A DNA stretch of 32,000 bases, taken from contig NC_000962.3 of the NCBI RefSeq assembly GCF_000195955.2, forward strand, positions 4,170,001 through 4,202,000, given 5' to 3'. This document shows, piece by piece, positions 1 through 8,284 of the stretch. The notes below the pieces were generated by a model. It worked only from the letters and a program-made list of their open reading frames with translations. It searched no databases and was not told where the DNA came from. Source of the stretch: Mycobacterium tuberculosis H37Rv (GTDB lineage Bacteria; Actinomycetota; Actinomycetes; Mycobacteriales; Mycobacteriaceae). Position 1 is the first letter of the stretch. Each line of letters opens with the position of its first letter. The translations under genes were made by a program, and so were the position numbers.

Positions 1-1
1 C

Positions 2-169
2 GGCGCGCCGCCGATAGCCATCGGTCCCCTGTACCAGCCGAAAACGCTTCAGTTGTGTGCCGATGGCGACTCGATTTGTGGCGACGGCAACAGCCCGGTC
101 GCGCATGGCCTGTACGCGGTGAACGGCATGGTAGGCCAGGGCGCGAATTTCGCCGCCAGCCGCCTGTAG
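2..169 (+). CDS. cut5b: Cutinase family protein, C-terminal 55 codons only (5' end lies outside the window)
   Basis: The ORF enters from the left edge and ends at TAG 167-169. It translates ...LQLCADGDSICGDGNSPVAHGLYAVNGMVGQGANFAASRL, the Cys-Asp-Cys...His C-terminal signature of cutinases. The symbol is inferred from synteny recalled from M. tuberculosis H37Rv. Confidence 0.7.
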   Translation, partial: GAPPIAIGPLYQPKTLQLCADGDSICGDGNSPVAHGLYAVNGMVGQGANFAASRL

Positions 170-213
170 CCAGAACTGCGCTGCCACCCCAGCGAGAGCT
201 GGGCGGTGATCCA

Positions 214-1214
214 ATGCAGAATGCCACCATGCGCGTTCTGGTCACCGGCGGTACGGGATTTGTGGGCGGGTGGACTGCCAAAGCCATCGCTGACGCGGGC
301 CACTCCGTCCGGTTCCTGGTGCGAAATCCCGCACGGCTGAAGACGTCTGTCGCGAAACTGGGCGTCGACGTGTCGGACTTTGCGGTTGCAGACATATCCG
401 ACCGCGATTCGGTACGGGAGGCGTTGAACGGATGCGACGCCGTCGTGCACAGCGCCGCGCTGGTGGCAACCGACCCGCGTGAGACTTCGCGGATGCTGAG
501 TACGAACATGGCGGGCGCCCAAAATGTTCTCGGTCAAGCCGTCGAGCTCGGAATGGATCCGATCGTGCATGTGTCGAGCTTCACGGCGCTGTTTCGTCCC
601 AACTTGGCGACGCTGAGCGCTGATCTGCCGGTTGCCGGTGGGACGGATGGATACGGACAATCCAAAGCGCAGATCGAAATCTATGCGCGCGGTCTTCAGG
701 ACGCCGGCGCACCGGTGAACATCACTTATCCTGGCATGGTCCTCGGCCCGCCGGTGGGCGATCAATTCGGTGAAGCCGGGGAGGGTGTCCGGTCCGCATT
801 GTGGATGCATGTCATTCCCGGGCGCGGCGCGGCGTGGTTGATCGTCGACGTCCGAGATGTGGCGGCACTGCACGCGGCGTTGTTGGAATCCGGGCGTGGG
901 CCGCGCCGCTACACTGCGGGAGGTCATCGGATTCCGGTGCCCGAGCTCGCGAAAATTCTGGGCGGGTCGCCGGCACCACGATGCTGGCCGTCCCGGTGCC
1001 CGATTCCGCGCTGCGTGTCGCGGGATCGGTGCTGGATCAAGCCGGGCCCTATCTGCCTTTCAATACTCCGTTCACCGCGGCAGGTATGCAGTACTACACA
1101 CAGATGCCGGAGTCCGACGATTCGCCGAGCGAAAAAGAACTAGGCATCACCTACCGCGATCCGCGCGACACCGTGGCCGACACCGTCACGGCCCTGCGCG
1201 GCCTGGGCAGCTAA
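214..1214 (+). CDS. NAD(P)-dependent epimerase/dehydratase-family oxidoreductase (Rv3725-like); reading frame breaks near 961-966
   Basis: ATG 214 (alternative ATG 229) gives MRVLVTGGTGFVGG, a Rossmann motif. The frame stays plausible to ...HRIPVPELAKILG. After that the uninterrupted frame (stop at 1143) reads as Arg/Cys/Pro-rich junk. The frame that ends at TAA 1212-1214 reads RVAGTTMLAVPVPDSALRVAGSVLDQAGPYLPFNTPFTAAGMQYYTQMPESDDSPSEKELGITYRDPRDTVADTVTALRGLGS, which looks like a real SDR C-terminus. Confidence 0.75.
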
Positions 1215-1357
1215 CTGCCGTCGGGAGGTTCCGCCGGTTCCGCGTCGGGGCGCGAATTCTTCAACCACTGCTTCAGCCGGAGCAGTTCGTTGACGACGAT
1301 GCCGACGCCCAGGAGGATGACCAGCGTCACCACAATAGCGGTGGCCACGTAGTCCAT
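1211..1357 (-). CDS. Candidate 48-aa single-pass membrane protein (small ORF)
   Basis: The ATG is the reverse complement of cat 1355-1357. Product: MDYVATAIVVTLVILLGVGIVVNELLRLKQWLKNSRPDAEPAEPPDGS, one clear TM helix plus a charged tail. 40 of 48 codons end in G/C, the coding signature of this genome. It fills an otherwise empty gap between two + strand genes. Confidence 0.4.
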   Translation of the reverse strand: MDYVATAIVVTLVILLGVGIVVNELLRLKQWLKNSRPDAEPAEPPDGS

Positions 1358-1420
1358 GGTGACAGCCCCGCCACGGCGCACGTTCAGGCCGCTTGCTGTC
1401 GGATCGAGAGGACCTACGCG

Positions 1421-2614
1421 ATGAAGGCGGTGACCTGCACCAACGCAAAGCTCGAGGTAGTCGACCGGCCGTCCCCGGCGCCGGCCAAGGGTCAACTGTT
1501 GCTCGATGTGCTGCGGTGCGGTATCTGCGGATCGGACCTGCATGCCCGCTTGCACTGTGATGAACTGGCCGACGTGATGGCCGAATCTGGCTACCACGCC
1601 TTCATGCGATCGAATCAGCAGGTGGTGTTCGGACACGAGTTCTGTGGCGAGGTGGTCGATTACGGTCCCGGCACCCGCAGGACCCCTAGGCGCGGCACCC
1701 CGGTCGTCGCCATGCCGCTGCTGCGGCGTGGCAACAAAGAGGTGCACGGGATCGGGCTTTCGACAATGGCGCCGGGCGCCTACGCCGAGCGGCTCGTCGT
1801 CGAGCAGTCGCTGACGTTTCCTGTCCCGAACGGGCTGGCGCCCGAGATAGCCGCGCTGACCGAGCCCATGGCCGTCGGATGGCACGCCGTCCGGCGCGGC
1901 GAGGTGGGCAAGGGCGACGTCGCGATCGTGATCGGGTGCGGTCCGATCGGCCTCGCGGTGATCTGCATGCTGAAGTCGCGCGGGGTACACACGGTGATCG
2001 CAAGCGACTTTTCACCCGGCCGTCGTGCCCTCGCAACCGCCTGTGGCGCTGATTCCGTAGTCGATCCCGTACAGGACTCACCGTATGCGGTAGCCGCCGG
2101 CCTTGGACAGGGAAACAGACACCTGCAAAGCATCCTCGACGCGTTCGACCTCGCAGTCGGCACGGTCGAAAGACTGCAGCGGCTGCGGCTGCCGTGGTGG
2201 CACCTTTGGCGGGCTGCCGAAGCAGCTGGCGCCGCAACGCCAAAGCGTCCAGTCATCTTCGAATGTGTTGGCGTTCCGGGAATTATCGATGGCATCATCG
2301 CCAGCGCACCGCTGTTCTCGCGCGTCGTCGTGGTCGGCGTCTGCATGGGCTCAGACCACATCCGGCCGGCGATGGCGATCAACAAAGAGATCAACCTGCG
2401 GTTCGTCCTCGGCTACACACCGTTAGAGTTCCGCGACACGTTGCACATGCTGGCCGACGGCAAGGTCAACGCCGCGCCGCTGATCACCGGGACGGTCGGT
2501 TTACCCGGCGTGGCGGCAGCATTCGATGCGCTCGGCGATCCCGAGGCGCACGCAAAAATCATGATCGACCCCAAGAGCAACGCCGCGAGTCCCCAACCAT
2601 TCCGCGTGGAGTGA
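1421..2614 (+). CDS. Zinc-dependent medium-chain dehydrogenase/reductase (Rv3726-like)
   Basis: ATG 1421 gives MKAVTCTNAKLEVVDRP. It carries the CGICGSDLH and GHEFCGEV zinc-ligand motifs and an IGCGPIGL nucleotide-binding loop. Length 397 aa. Confidence 0.9.
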   Translation: MKAVTCTNAKLEVVDRPSPAPAKGQLLLDVLRCGICGSDLHARLHCDELADVMAESGYHAFMRSNQQVVFGHEFCGEVVDYGPGTRRTPRRGTPVVAMPLLRRGNKEVHGIGLSTMAPGAYAERLVVEQSLTFPVPNGLAPEIAALTEPMAVGWHAVRRGEVGKGDVAIVIGCGPIGLAVICMLKSRGVHTVIASDFSPGRRALATACGADSVVDPVQDSPYAVAAGLGQGNRHLQSILDAFDLAVGTVERLQRLRLPWWHLWRAAEAAGAATPKRPVIFECVGVPGIIDGIIASAPLFSRVVVVGVCMGSDHIRPAMAINKEINLRFVLGYTPLEFRDTLHMLADGKVNAAPLITGTVGLPGVAAAFDALGDPEAHAKIMIDPKSNAASPQPFRVE

Positions 2615-2954
2615 ATGATGCGGGATAGCCGCACGGCGTTGGATCCACCCGGGACGACAGCTTGAATTCAGGCGGCCTCTGCTTTAAAGCGCACACTACC
2701 GCGCCTGCTGCGGCATGGATCCAAATATCCGCCAAAGTACGTATGGACATCCGATAGCCCGGCGCACCTACGACCCGCCGCGCAGACACATTTACGCGTT
2801 CGCACCGATGGCTGCGGACCCAGCAAATGGCAGAGTTAGAGCGTCGGCCGTGTCTTGAGTCAATGCTTCCAGGCCGGCACCTTTTCTCCCGTGGACCGCA
2901 TGTGCCCACGGTCGCGTCAGTACCGCCCGAATCATTCCTTGAGGCCTATTGCAG

Positions 2955-4763
2955 ATGAAACCGTCGCCTGCCGATACCCACGTCGTGATTGCCGGTGCTG
3001 GCATCGCGGGATTGGCTGCCGCCATGATCCTGGCCGAAGCCGGGGTGCGAGTCACATTGTGCGAAGCTGCATCCGAAGCTGGGGGCAAGGCCAAGAGTTT
3101 ACGTCTCGCGGACGGCCACCCGACCGAGCACAGTTTGCGGGTTTACACCGATACTTACCAAACCCTGCTGACGCTGTTCTCGCGTATACCCACCGAACAT
3201 GACAGGACCGTGCTAGACAACCTGGTCGGCGTCAGCATGGTTTCGGCTACCGCGCAAGGCGTGATTGGCCGAATCGCTGCGCCAGTTGCCTTGCAACGCC
3301 GGCGGCCAACCTTCGCGCGGATCATAGGCAAGGTAGTCGAACCGCCGCGGCAACTTGTCCGGATCTTGTTGCGCGGCCCAATGGTAATCGTTGGTCTGGC
3401 CCAACGAGGTGTGCCGGCCACCGACGTCCTCCATTACCTCTACGCCCATCTACGGCTGCTGTGGATGTGCCGAGAGCGACTCTTGGCGGAGCTGGGCGAT
3501 ATCTCGTATGCGGATTATCTGCAGCTCGGCTGCAAGTCTGCCCAGGCGCAGGAATTCTTTTCTGCTGTGCCGCGCATTTACGTCGCGGCGCGCACCAGTG
3601 CCGAAGCGGCGGCCATTGCGCCCATCGTTCTCAAGGGGCTGTTTCGCCTGAAAAGTAATTGTCCATCAGCCCTCAACGACGCAAAGCTGCCCGCGATCAT
3701 GATGATGGATGGACCGACCAGCGAGCGCATGGTCGATCCCTGGATTCGCCACCTGACAAGGCTCGGCGTGGACATCCACTTCAACACGCGTGTCGGCGAT
3801 CTCGAGTTCGACGACGGTCGCGTCACCGCATTGATATCGTCCGATGGCCGCCGGTTTGCCTGCGACTATGCCCTGCTCGCGGTGCCCTATCTGACGCTGC
3901 GAGAGCTGGCCAAATCAGCTCATGTCAAGCGATATCTCCCTCAGCTCACACAGCAGCACGCCCTTGCGCTTGAGGCATCGAACGGAATCCAGTGTTTTCT
4001 GCGCGACCTCCCTGCGACGTGGCCTCCGTTCATCCGCCCTGGAGTCGTCACTACGCATCTGCAAAGCCAGTGGTCGCTGGTCTGCGTTCTGCAGGGAGAA
4101 GGTTTCTGGAAAAACGTCCGCCTGCCGGAAGGAACCCGCTACGTTCTGTCAATAACCTGGAGTGATGTGGAAACGCCCGGACCTGTTTTTGATCGGCCAT
4201 TGAGTGAATGTACGCCAGATGAGATCTTGACCGAGTGCCTGACGCAGTGCGGCCTCGATAAATCGAACGTCTTGGGCTGGCGGATCGATCACGAGCTGAA
4301 GCACTTAGACGAGGCCGAATACGAAAAGGTGGCGAGCGAGCTGCCTCCTCATCTTGTCTCGGCGCCTGCGCGCGGGCAGCGCATGGTGAATTTCTCGCCG
4401 CTTACCGTATTGATGCCGGGCGCGCGCCACCGCTCCCCGGGTATTTGCACCTCAGTGCCTAACCTTTTGCTAGCCGGTGAGGTGATCTATTCACCCGACC
4501 TGACCTTGTTTGTTCCGACCATGGAGAAGGCGGCATGCTCCGGCTATCTGGCCGCCCGCCAAATCATGAACATGGTTGCTTCGCACGCCGCACCGCTGCG
4601 GATCGACTTCCGGGATCCCGCCCCATTTGCGGTTCTGCGGCGGGTGGACCGATGGTTTTGGAGCCGCCGCCGACGACCGCCAGACCGGTCGACATTTGCA
4701 ACCCCACCAACCGCCATGCCGGCGCCGAGCCACCTGACCGACGTGGATCGCTCTGCAAGTTAG
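2955..4763 (+). CDS. FAD-dependent oxidoreductase, phytoene-desaturase/amine-oxidase-like (Rv3727-like)
   Basis: ATG 2955 (TTG 2949 is also possible) has GAGG about 10 nt upstream. N-terminal HVVIAGAGIAGLAAAMILAEAGVRVTLCEAASEAGGK is the dinucleotide fold. C-terminal LLLAGEVIYSP...MEKAACSGYLAA is an FAD motif, followed by an Arg/Pro-rich tail. Confidence 0.85.
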   Translation: MKPSPADTHVVIAGAGIAGLAAAMILAEAGVRVTLCEAASEAGGKAKSLRLADGHPTEHSLRVYTDTYQTLLTLFSRIPTEHDRTVLDNLVGVSMVSATAQGVIGRIAAPVALQRRRPTFARIIGKVVEPPRQLVRILLRGPMVIVGLAQRGVPATDVLHYLYAHLRLLWMCRERLLAELGDISYADYLQLGCKSAQAQEFFSAVPRIYVAARTSAEAAAIAPIVLKGLFRLKSNCPSALNDAKLPAIMMMDGPTSERMVDPWIRHLTRLGVDIHFNTRVGDLEFDDGRVTALISSDGRRFACDYALLAVPYLTLRELAKSAHVKRYLPQLTQQHALALEASNGIQCFLRDLPATWPPFIRPGVVTTHLQSQWSLVCVLQGEGFWKNVRLPEGTRYVLSITWSDVETPGPVFDRPLSECTPDEILTECLTQCGLDKSNVLGWRIDHELKHLDEAEYEKVASELPPHLVSAPARGQRMVNFSPLTVLMPGARHRSPGICTSVPNLLLAGEVIYSPDLTLFVPTMEKAACSGYLAARQIMNMVASHAAPLRIDFRDPAPFAVLRRVDRWFWSRRRRPPDRSTFATPPTAMPAPSHLTDVDRSAS

Positions 4764-4872
4764 CCGCCGGTAACCCACCAAGCCTCGTCACGCTACAAGT
4801 CCACCGTTGAACCGACGGCGTTGACGCGTCACATATCCCTGATCCTTCAAGAACGTGGAGTTTCCCTTGACT

Positions 4873-7800
4873 GTGCACACCGTCGCCACCAACAATGCTG
4901 CGCCCGTCATAGCCGCCGGTCCCGTCGGCCCTAGCAGACGACGCCGTCGCGTGCACGCCCCACTTACGCGACGCCGCCAACCCTCCTCCTCGGCGGTGCT
5001 GCTGGTGGCGGCTTTCGGCGCCTTCCTCGCTTTCCTTGACTCCACGATCGTCAACGTCGCGTTCCCCGATATCCAGCGGCACTTCCACAGCGACATCAGT
5101 GACCTGTCCTGGATGCTCAACGCCTACAACATTGTTTTCGCGGCGTTCCTGGTGGCCGCCGGCAGGCTGGCCGACCTGATGGGGCGCAAGCGGGTGTTCA
5201 TCTTGGGGGTGGCGTTGTTCACCGTCGCGTCCGGGCTGTGCGCGATCGCCGAAAGCGTCGGGGAACTGGTTGCGTTCCGTGTGCTGCAAGGCATCGGCGC
5301 AGCGGTTCTGGTACCGGCTTCGCTGGGGCTGGTCGTCGAGGCCTTCCCGGCCGAGCGGCGCGCGCACGGGGTCAACCTGTGGGGTGCGGCGGGGGCCATC
5401 GCCGCGGGCCTCGGCCCGCCGATCGGTGGCGCCCTCATCGAGGCGGATGGCTGGCGGTGGGTGTTCCTGGTGAACCTTCCGCTGGGGGTATTCGCTGTGC
5501 TGGCCGCTCGGCGGGCACTGGTGGAGAACCGGGCCGCCGGACGTCGGCGTGTGCCCGACGTGCGCGGCGCGGTGCTGCTGGCTTTCGCGCTGGGCCTTTT
5601 GACGCTGGGATTGATCAAGGGCCCGGATTGGGGTTGGGCCAGCCTGCCGACCAGCGGGTCATTGCTGGCCGCGGCGGTCGCGATGGTTGGGTTTGTGATG
5701 AGCTCACGACACCACCCGGCACCGATGGTCGAGCCCACGCTGTTGCGCATCCAGTCGTTCGTGGCCGGCACCGGGCTGACCGCCGTGGCCAGCGCCGGCT
5801 TCTACGCCTATCTGCTGACGCACGTGCTGTTCCTCAACTACGTCTGGGGTTACACGCTGCTGGAGGCTGGCATGGCCGTCGCCCCCGCCGCGCTGGTCGC
5901 CGCCGTCGTCGCGGCGGTGCTTGGCCGCGTCGCCGACCGGCACGGTTACCGCTTCATCGTCGGCATCGGCGCGTTGATCTGGGCTGCCAGCCTGCTGTGG
6001 TATCTCAAGGTTGTCGGGTCCCAGCCCGATTTCCTCGGTGAATGGCTGCCCGGCCAGATACTGCAGGGAATCGGGGTGGGCGCTACCTTCCCGCTGCTCG
6101 GCAGTGCCGCCTTGGCCCGGCTGGCCAAGGGCGGCAGCTACGCCACCGCTTCGGCGGTGACCGGCACCATCCGCCAGGTTGGCGCCGTCATCGGCGTCGC
6201 GGTGCTGGTGATCCTGGTCGGCACACCGGCACCGGGCGCAGCCGAAGAGGCGTTGCGTCACGGGTGGGCGTTGGCCGCGATCTGTTTCGTGGCGGTGGGG
6301 ATCGGGGCGCTGTCGCTGGGTCGCATCCGCCCAGTCCCAGCTGCGGTTGAACCCCCGCCGGGGCCGCCGGTGGCTCCGTTGGGAGCGCGGCGGCCGCCGA
6401 GACCCGCACCGGTGGCCTCACCCGCCGCGGCAGTGGCCCCGACCCCCAAGACTTCCCGCGAAGTCAACCTGCTGGAGGCTCTGCGGTTTGCCAGGCCGGA
6501 CACGCAACAGATTGAGCTGCAAGCAGGCTCGTATTTGTTCCACGCGGGCGATGTGTCCGATGCGCTCTACGTGGTGCGCAGCGGCCGCCTGCAAGTCCTC
6601 GCCGGCGACGGCGCAAAGGACGAAGTGGTGGCCGAGCTGGGCCGTGGTCAGGTGGTCGGGGAGCTCGGGGTGCTGCTCGATGCGCCGCGGTCCGCGTCGG
6701 TTCGTGCGGTACGCGACTCGTCCCTGATGCGAGTGACCAAGGCCGAATTCGCGAAGATCGCCGATGCCGGGGTGCTTGGGGCGCTGGCGGGGGTACTGGC
6801 CAAACGACAGCACCAGACACGCGTGGCCTCTCAGCGGACAACGCCGGAGGTCGTTGTCGCGGTCGTCGGTGTCGACGCCAATGCACCGGTCGCAATGGTG
6901 GCCACCGAATTGTGCAGGGCACTGTCGACACGGCTACGTGCTGTCGCCCCCGGCCGGGTCGACTGCGACGGGTTGGAACGTGCCGAGCAGACCGCCGACC
7001 GGGTGGTGCTGCATGCGGCCGTCGGCGACGCGCGGTGGCGGGAATTCTGTTTGCGTGTCGCCGATCGCGTGGTGCTGGTGGCCAGCAACCCGGCCGTGCC
7101 TGTGGCCCCGCTGCCGACCCGAGCGACCGGCGCCGACCTGGTGCTGGCCGGACGGCCCGCCGGCCGGGAGCACCGACGTGCCTGGGAGCAGTTGATCACG
7201 CCGCGGTCGATGCATGTGGTCCGACGCGAATTTGTCGCCGACGACCTGCGGGTGCTCGCCACGCGTATCGCGGGCCGTTCCGTGGGGCTAGTCCTCAGCG
7301 GTGGGGCAGCGAGGGCGTGTGCCCACTTGGGCGTGCTGGAGGAACTGGAGGCCGCCGGGGTCACCGTCGACCGCTTTGCCGGCACCAGCATGGGCGCAAT
7401 CATCGCGGCTCTGGCGGCCAGCGGTTTGGATGCTGCCGGGGTGGATGCGCAAATCTACGAGCACTTCGTGCGCAAGAGCCACGGCGACTACACCCTGCCG
7501 AGCAAGGGGCTGATCCGCGGGAAACGCACCCAGTCCACGCTACGCACGATCTTCGGAGACCATTTGGTGGAGGAGCTGCCGAAACATTTCCGCTGCGTCA
7601 GTGTCGACCTATTGGCCCGGCGTCCCGTCGTGCACCGCCAAGGCCCGCTCGCCGACGTCGTCGGCTGCTCGATGCGGCTGCCTTTTCTGTATGCGCCACT
7701 GCCCTACGGCGGCACCCTGCACGTCGACGGCGGTGTGCTGGACAACGTGCCCGTCACCACGCTGGTGGGCAAGGACGGCCCACTGATTGCGGTAAACGTG

Positions 7801-8070
7801 GCCTCTGGCGGAAATCCAAGCCCCGCGTCCGGCGGCCATCGCCGCGGCAAACCACGGGTGCCCGGCCTAACCGACACCCTGCTGCGCACCATGACAATCA
7901 GCAGCGCGATGGCATCGGAAAAAGTGTTGGCCCAGGCCGACCTGGTGATCAAGCCCAACCCGATCGGCGTCGGACTCATGGAGTACCACCAGATCGACCG
8001 CGCCCGTGAAGCGGGCCGGATCGCGGCCCGTGAAGCGTTGCCACAAATCATGGAGCTGGTGCACGGCTGA
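4873..8070 (+). CDS. Three-module membrane protein: MFS (DHA2-like) transporter + cyclic-nucleotide-binding domain + patatin-like phospholipase (Rv3728-like)
   Basis: Single 3.2-kb ORF with GTG starts at 4855 or 4873. About 14 hydrophobic segments occur up to about nt 6320, then a Pro-rich linker at 6331-6460. The cNMP-binding signature GRGQVVGELGVLLDAPRSASVRA lies at about 6466-6804. Patatin motifs: SGGAARACAHLG (oxyanion), GTSMG at 7378-7392 (nucleophile elbow) and DGG at 7726-7734. Confidence 0.9.
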   Translation: MHTVATNNAAPVIAAGPVGPSRRRRRVHAPLTRRRQPSSSAVLLVAAFGAFLAFLDSTIVNVAFPDIQRHFHSDISDLSWMLNAYNIVFAAFLVAAGRLADLMGRKRVFILGVALFTVASGLCAIAESVGELVAFRVLQGIGAAVLVPASLGLVVEAFPAERRAHGVNLWGAAGAIAAGLGPPIGGALIEADGWRWVFLVNLPLGVFAVLAARRALVENRAAGRRRVPDVRGAVLLAFALGLLTLGLIKGPDWGWASLPTSGSLLAAAVAMVGFVMSSRHHPAPMVEPTLLRIQSFVAGTGLTAVASAGFYAYLLTHVLFLNYVWGYTLLEAGMAVAPAALVAAVVAAVLGRVADRHGYRFIVGIGALIWAASLLWYLKVVGSQPDFLGEWLPGQILQGIGVGATFPLLGSAALARLAKGGSYATASAVTGTIRQVGAVIGVAVLVILVGTPAPGAAEEALRHGWALAAICFVAVGIGALSLGRIRPVPAAVEPPPGPPVAPLGARRPPRPAPVASPAAAVAPTPKTSREVNLLEALRFARPDTQQIELQAGSYLFHAGDVSDALYVVRSGRLQVLAGDGAKDEVVAELGRGQVVGELGVLLDAPRSASVRAVRDSSLMRVTKAEFAKIADAGVLGALAGVLAKRQHQTRVASQRTTPEVVVAVVGVDANAPVAMVATELCRALSTRLRAVAPGRVDCDGLERAEQTADRVVLHAAVGDARWREFCLRVADRVVLVASNPAVPVAPLPTRATGADLVLAGRPAGREHRRAWEQLITPRSMHVVRREFVADDLRVLATRIAGRSVGLVLSGGAARACAHLGVLEELEAAGVTVDRFAGTSMGAIIAALAASGLDAAGVDAQIYEHFVRKSHGDYTLPSKGLIRGKRTQSTLRTIFGDHLVEELPKHFRCVSVDLLARRPVVHRQGPLADVVGCSMRLPFLYAPLPYGGTLHVDGGVLDNVPVTTLVGKDGPLIAVNVASGGNPSPASGGHRRGKPRVPGLTDTLLRTMTISSAMASEKVLAQADLVIKPNPIGVGLMEYHQIDRAREAGRIAAREALPQIMELVHG

Positions 8071-8284
8071 ACCTGGGCAGGGCCGCTAAGATACTGTGAC
8101 CACGGCCACGCTATCGGCGGCCTGGCCAGCTTTCCGGGCCGCTACCCGATGGGAGTCCTCACCCACGCCGCCGGCGGACCCAACCCCGATTGTTCGACCG
8201 CAGACACTGATCTATCGCGCAGGCGTTGCCGCATGGTGGACTAGCCCAATGACGCGGGCTGACGGCAAGCGCGACCGTGACGAG

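Noticed and set aside
49-927. Long ORFs antisense to, or out of frame with, the called genes. Examples: 49-927(-), 1211-1990(-) full length, 1686-2243(-), 4564-5367(-), 5124-5771(-), 8444-9286(-), 17990-18598(-), 21008-21790(+), 26552-27442(-).
   Set aside because: Their translations are Arg/Pro/Ala/Gly-rich with no motifs. They overlap genes with clear family signatures, and stop-free antisense frames are expected at this G+C content. Only the last 48 codons of 1211-1990 were kept as a candidate.
955-1000. Programmed ribosomal frameshifting as the explanation for the frame breaks in the SDR gene (about 961) and the PIN gene (about 28010)
   Set aside because: There is no X-XXY-YYZ slippery heptamer or obvious downstream structure at either junction. 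Simple indel decay or sequence error is the more economical reading.
4822-4831. Perfect 10-bp palindrome TGACGCGTCA upstream of the cNMP-domain gene, considered as a CRP-type site
   Set aside because: The half-site spacing does not fit the TGTGA-N6-TCACA CRP consensus. A 32-kb window is also expected to contain roughly 30 perfect 10-bp palindromes by chance (32000 x 4^-5).
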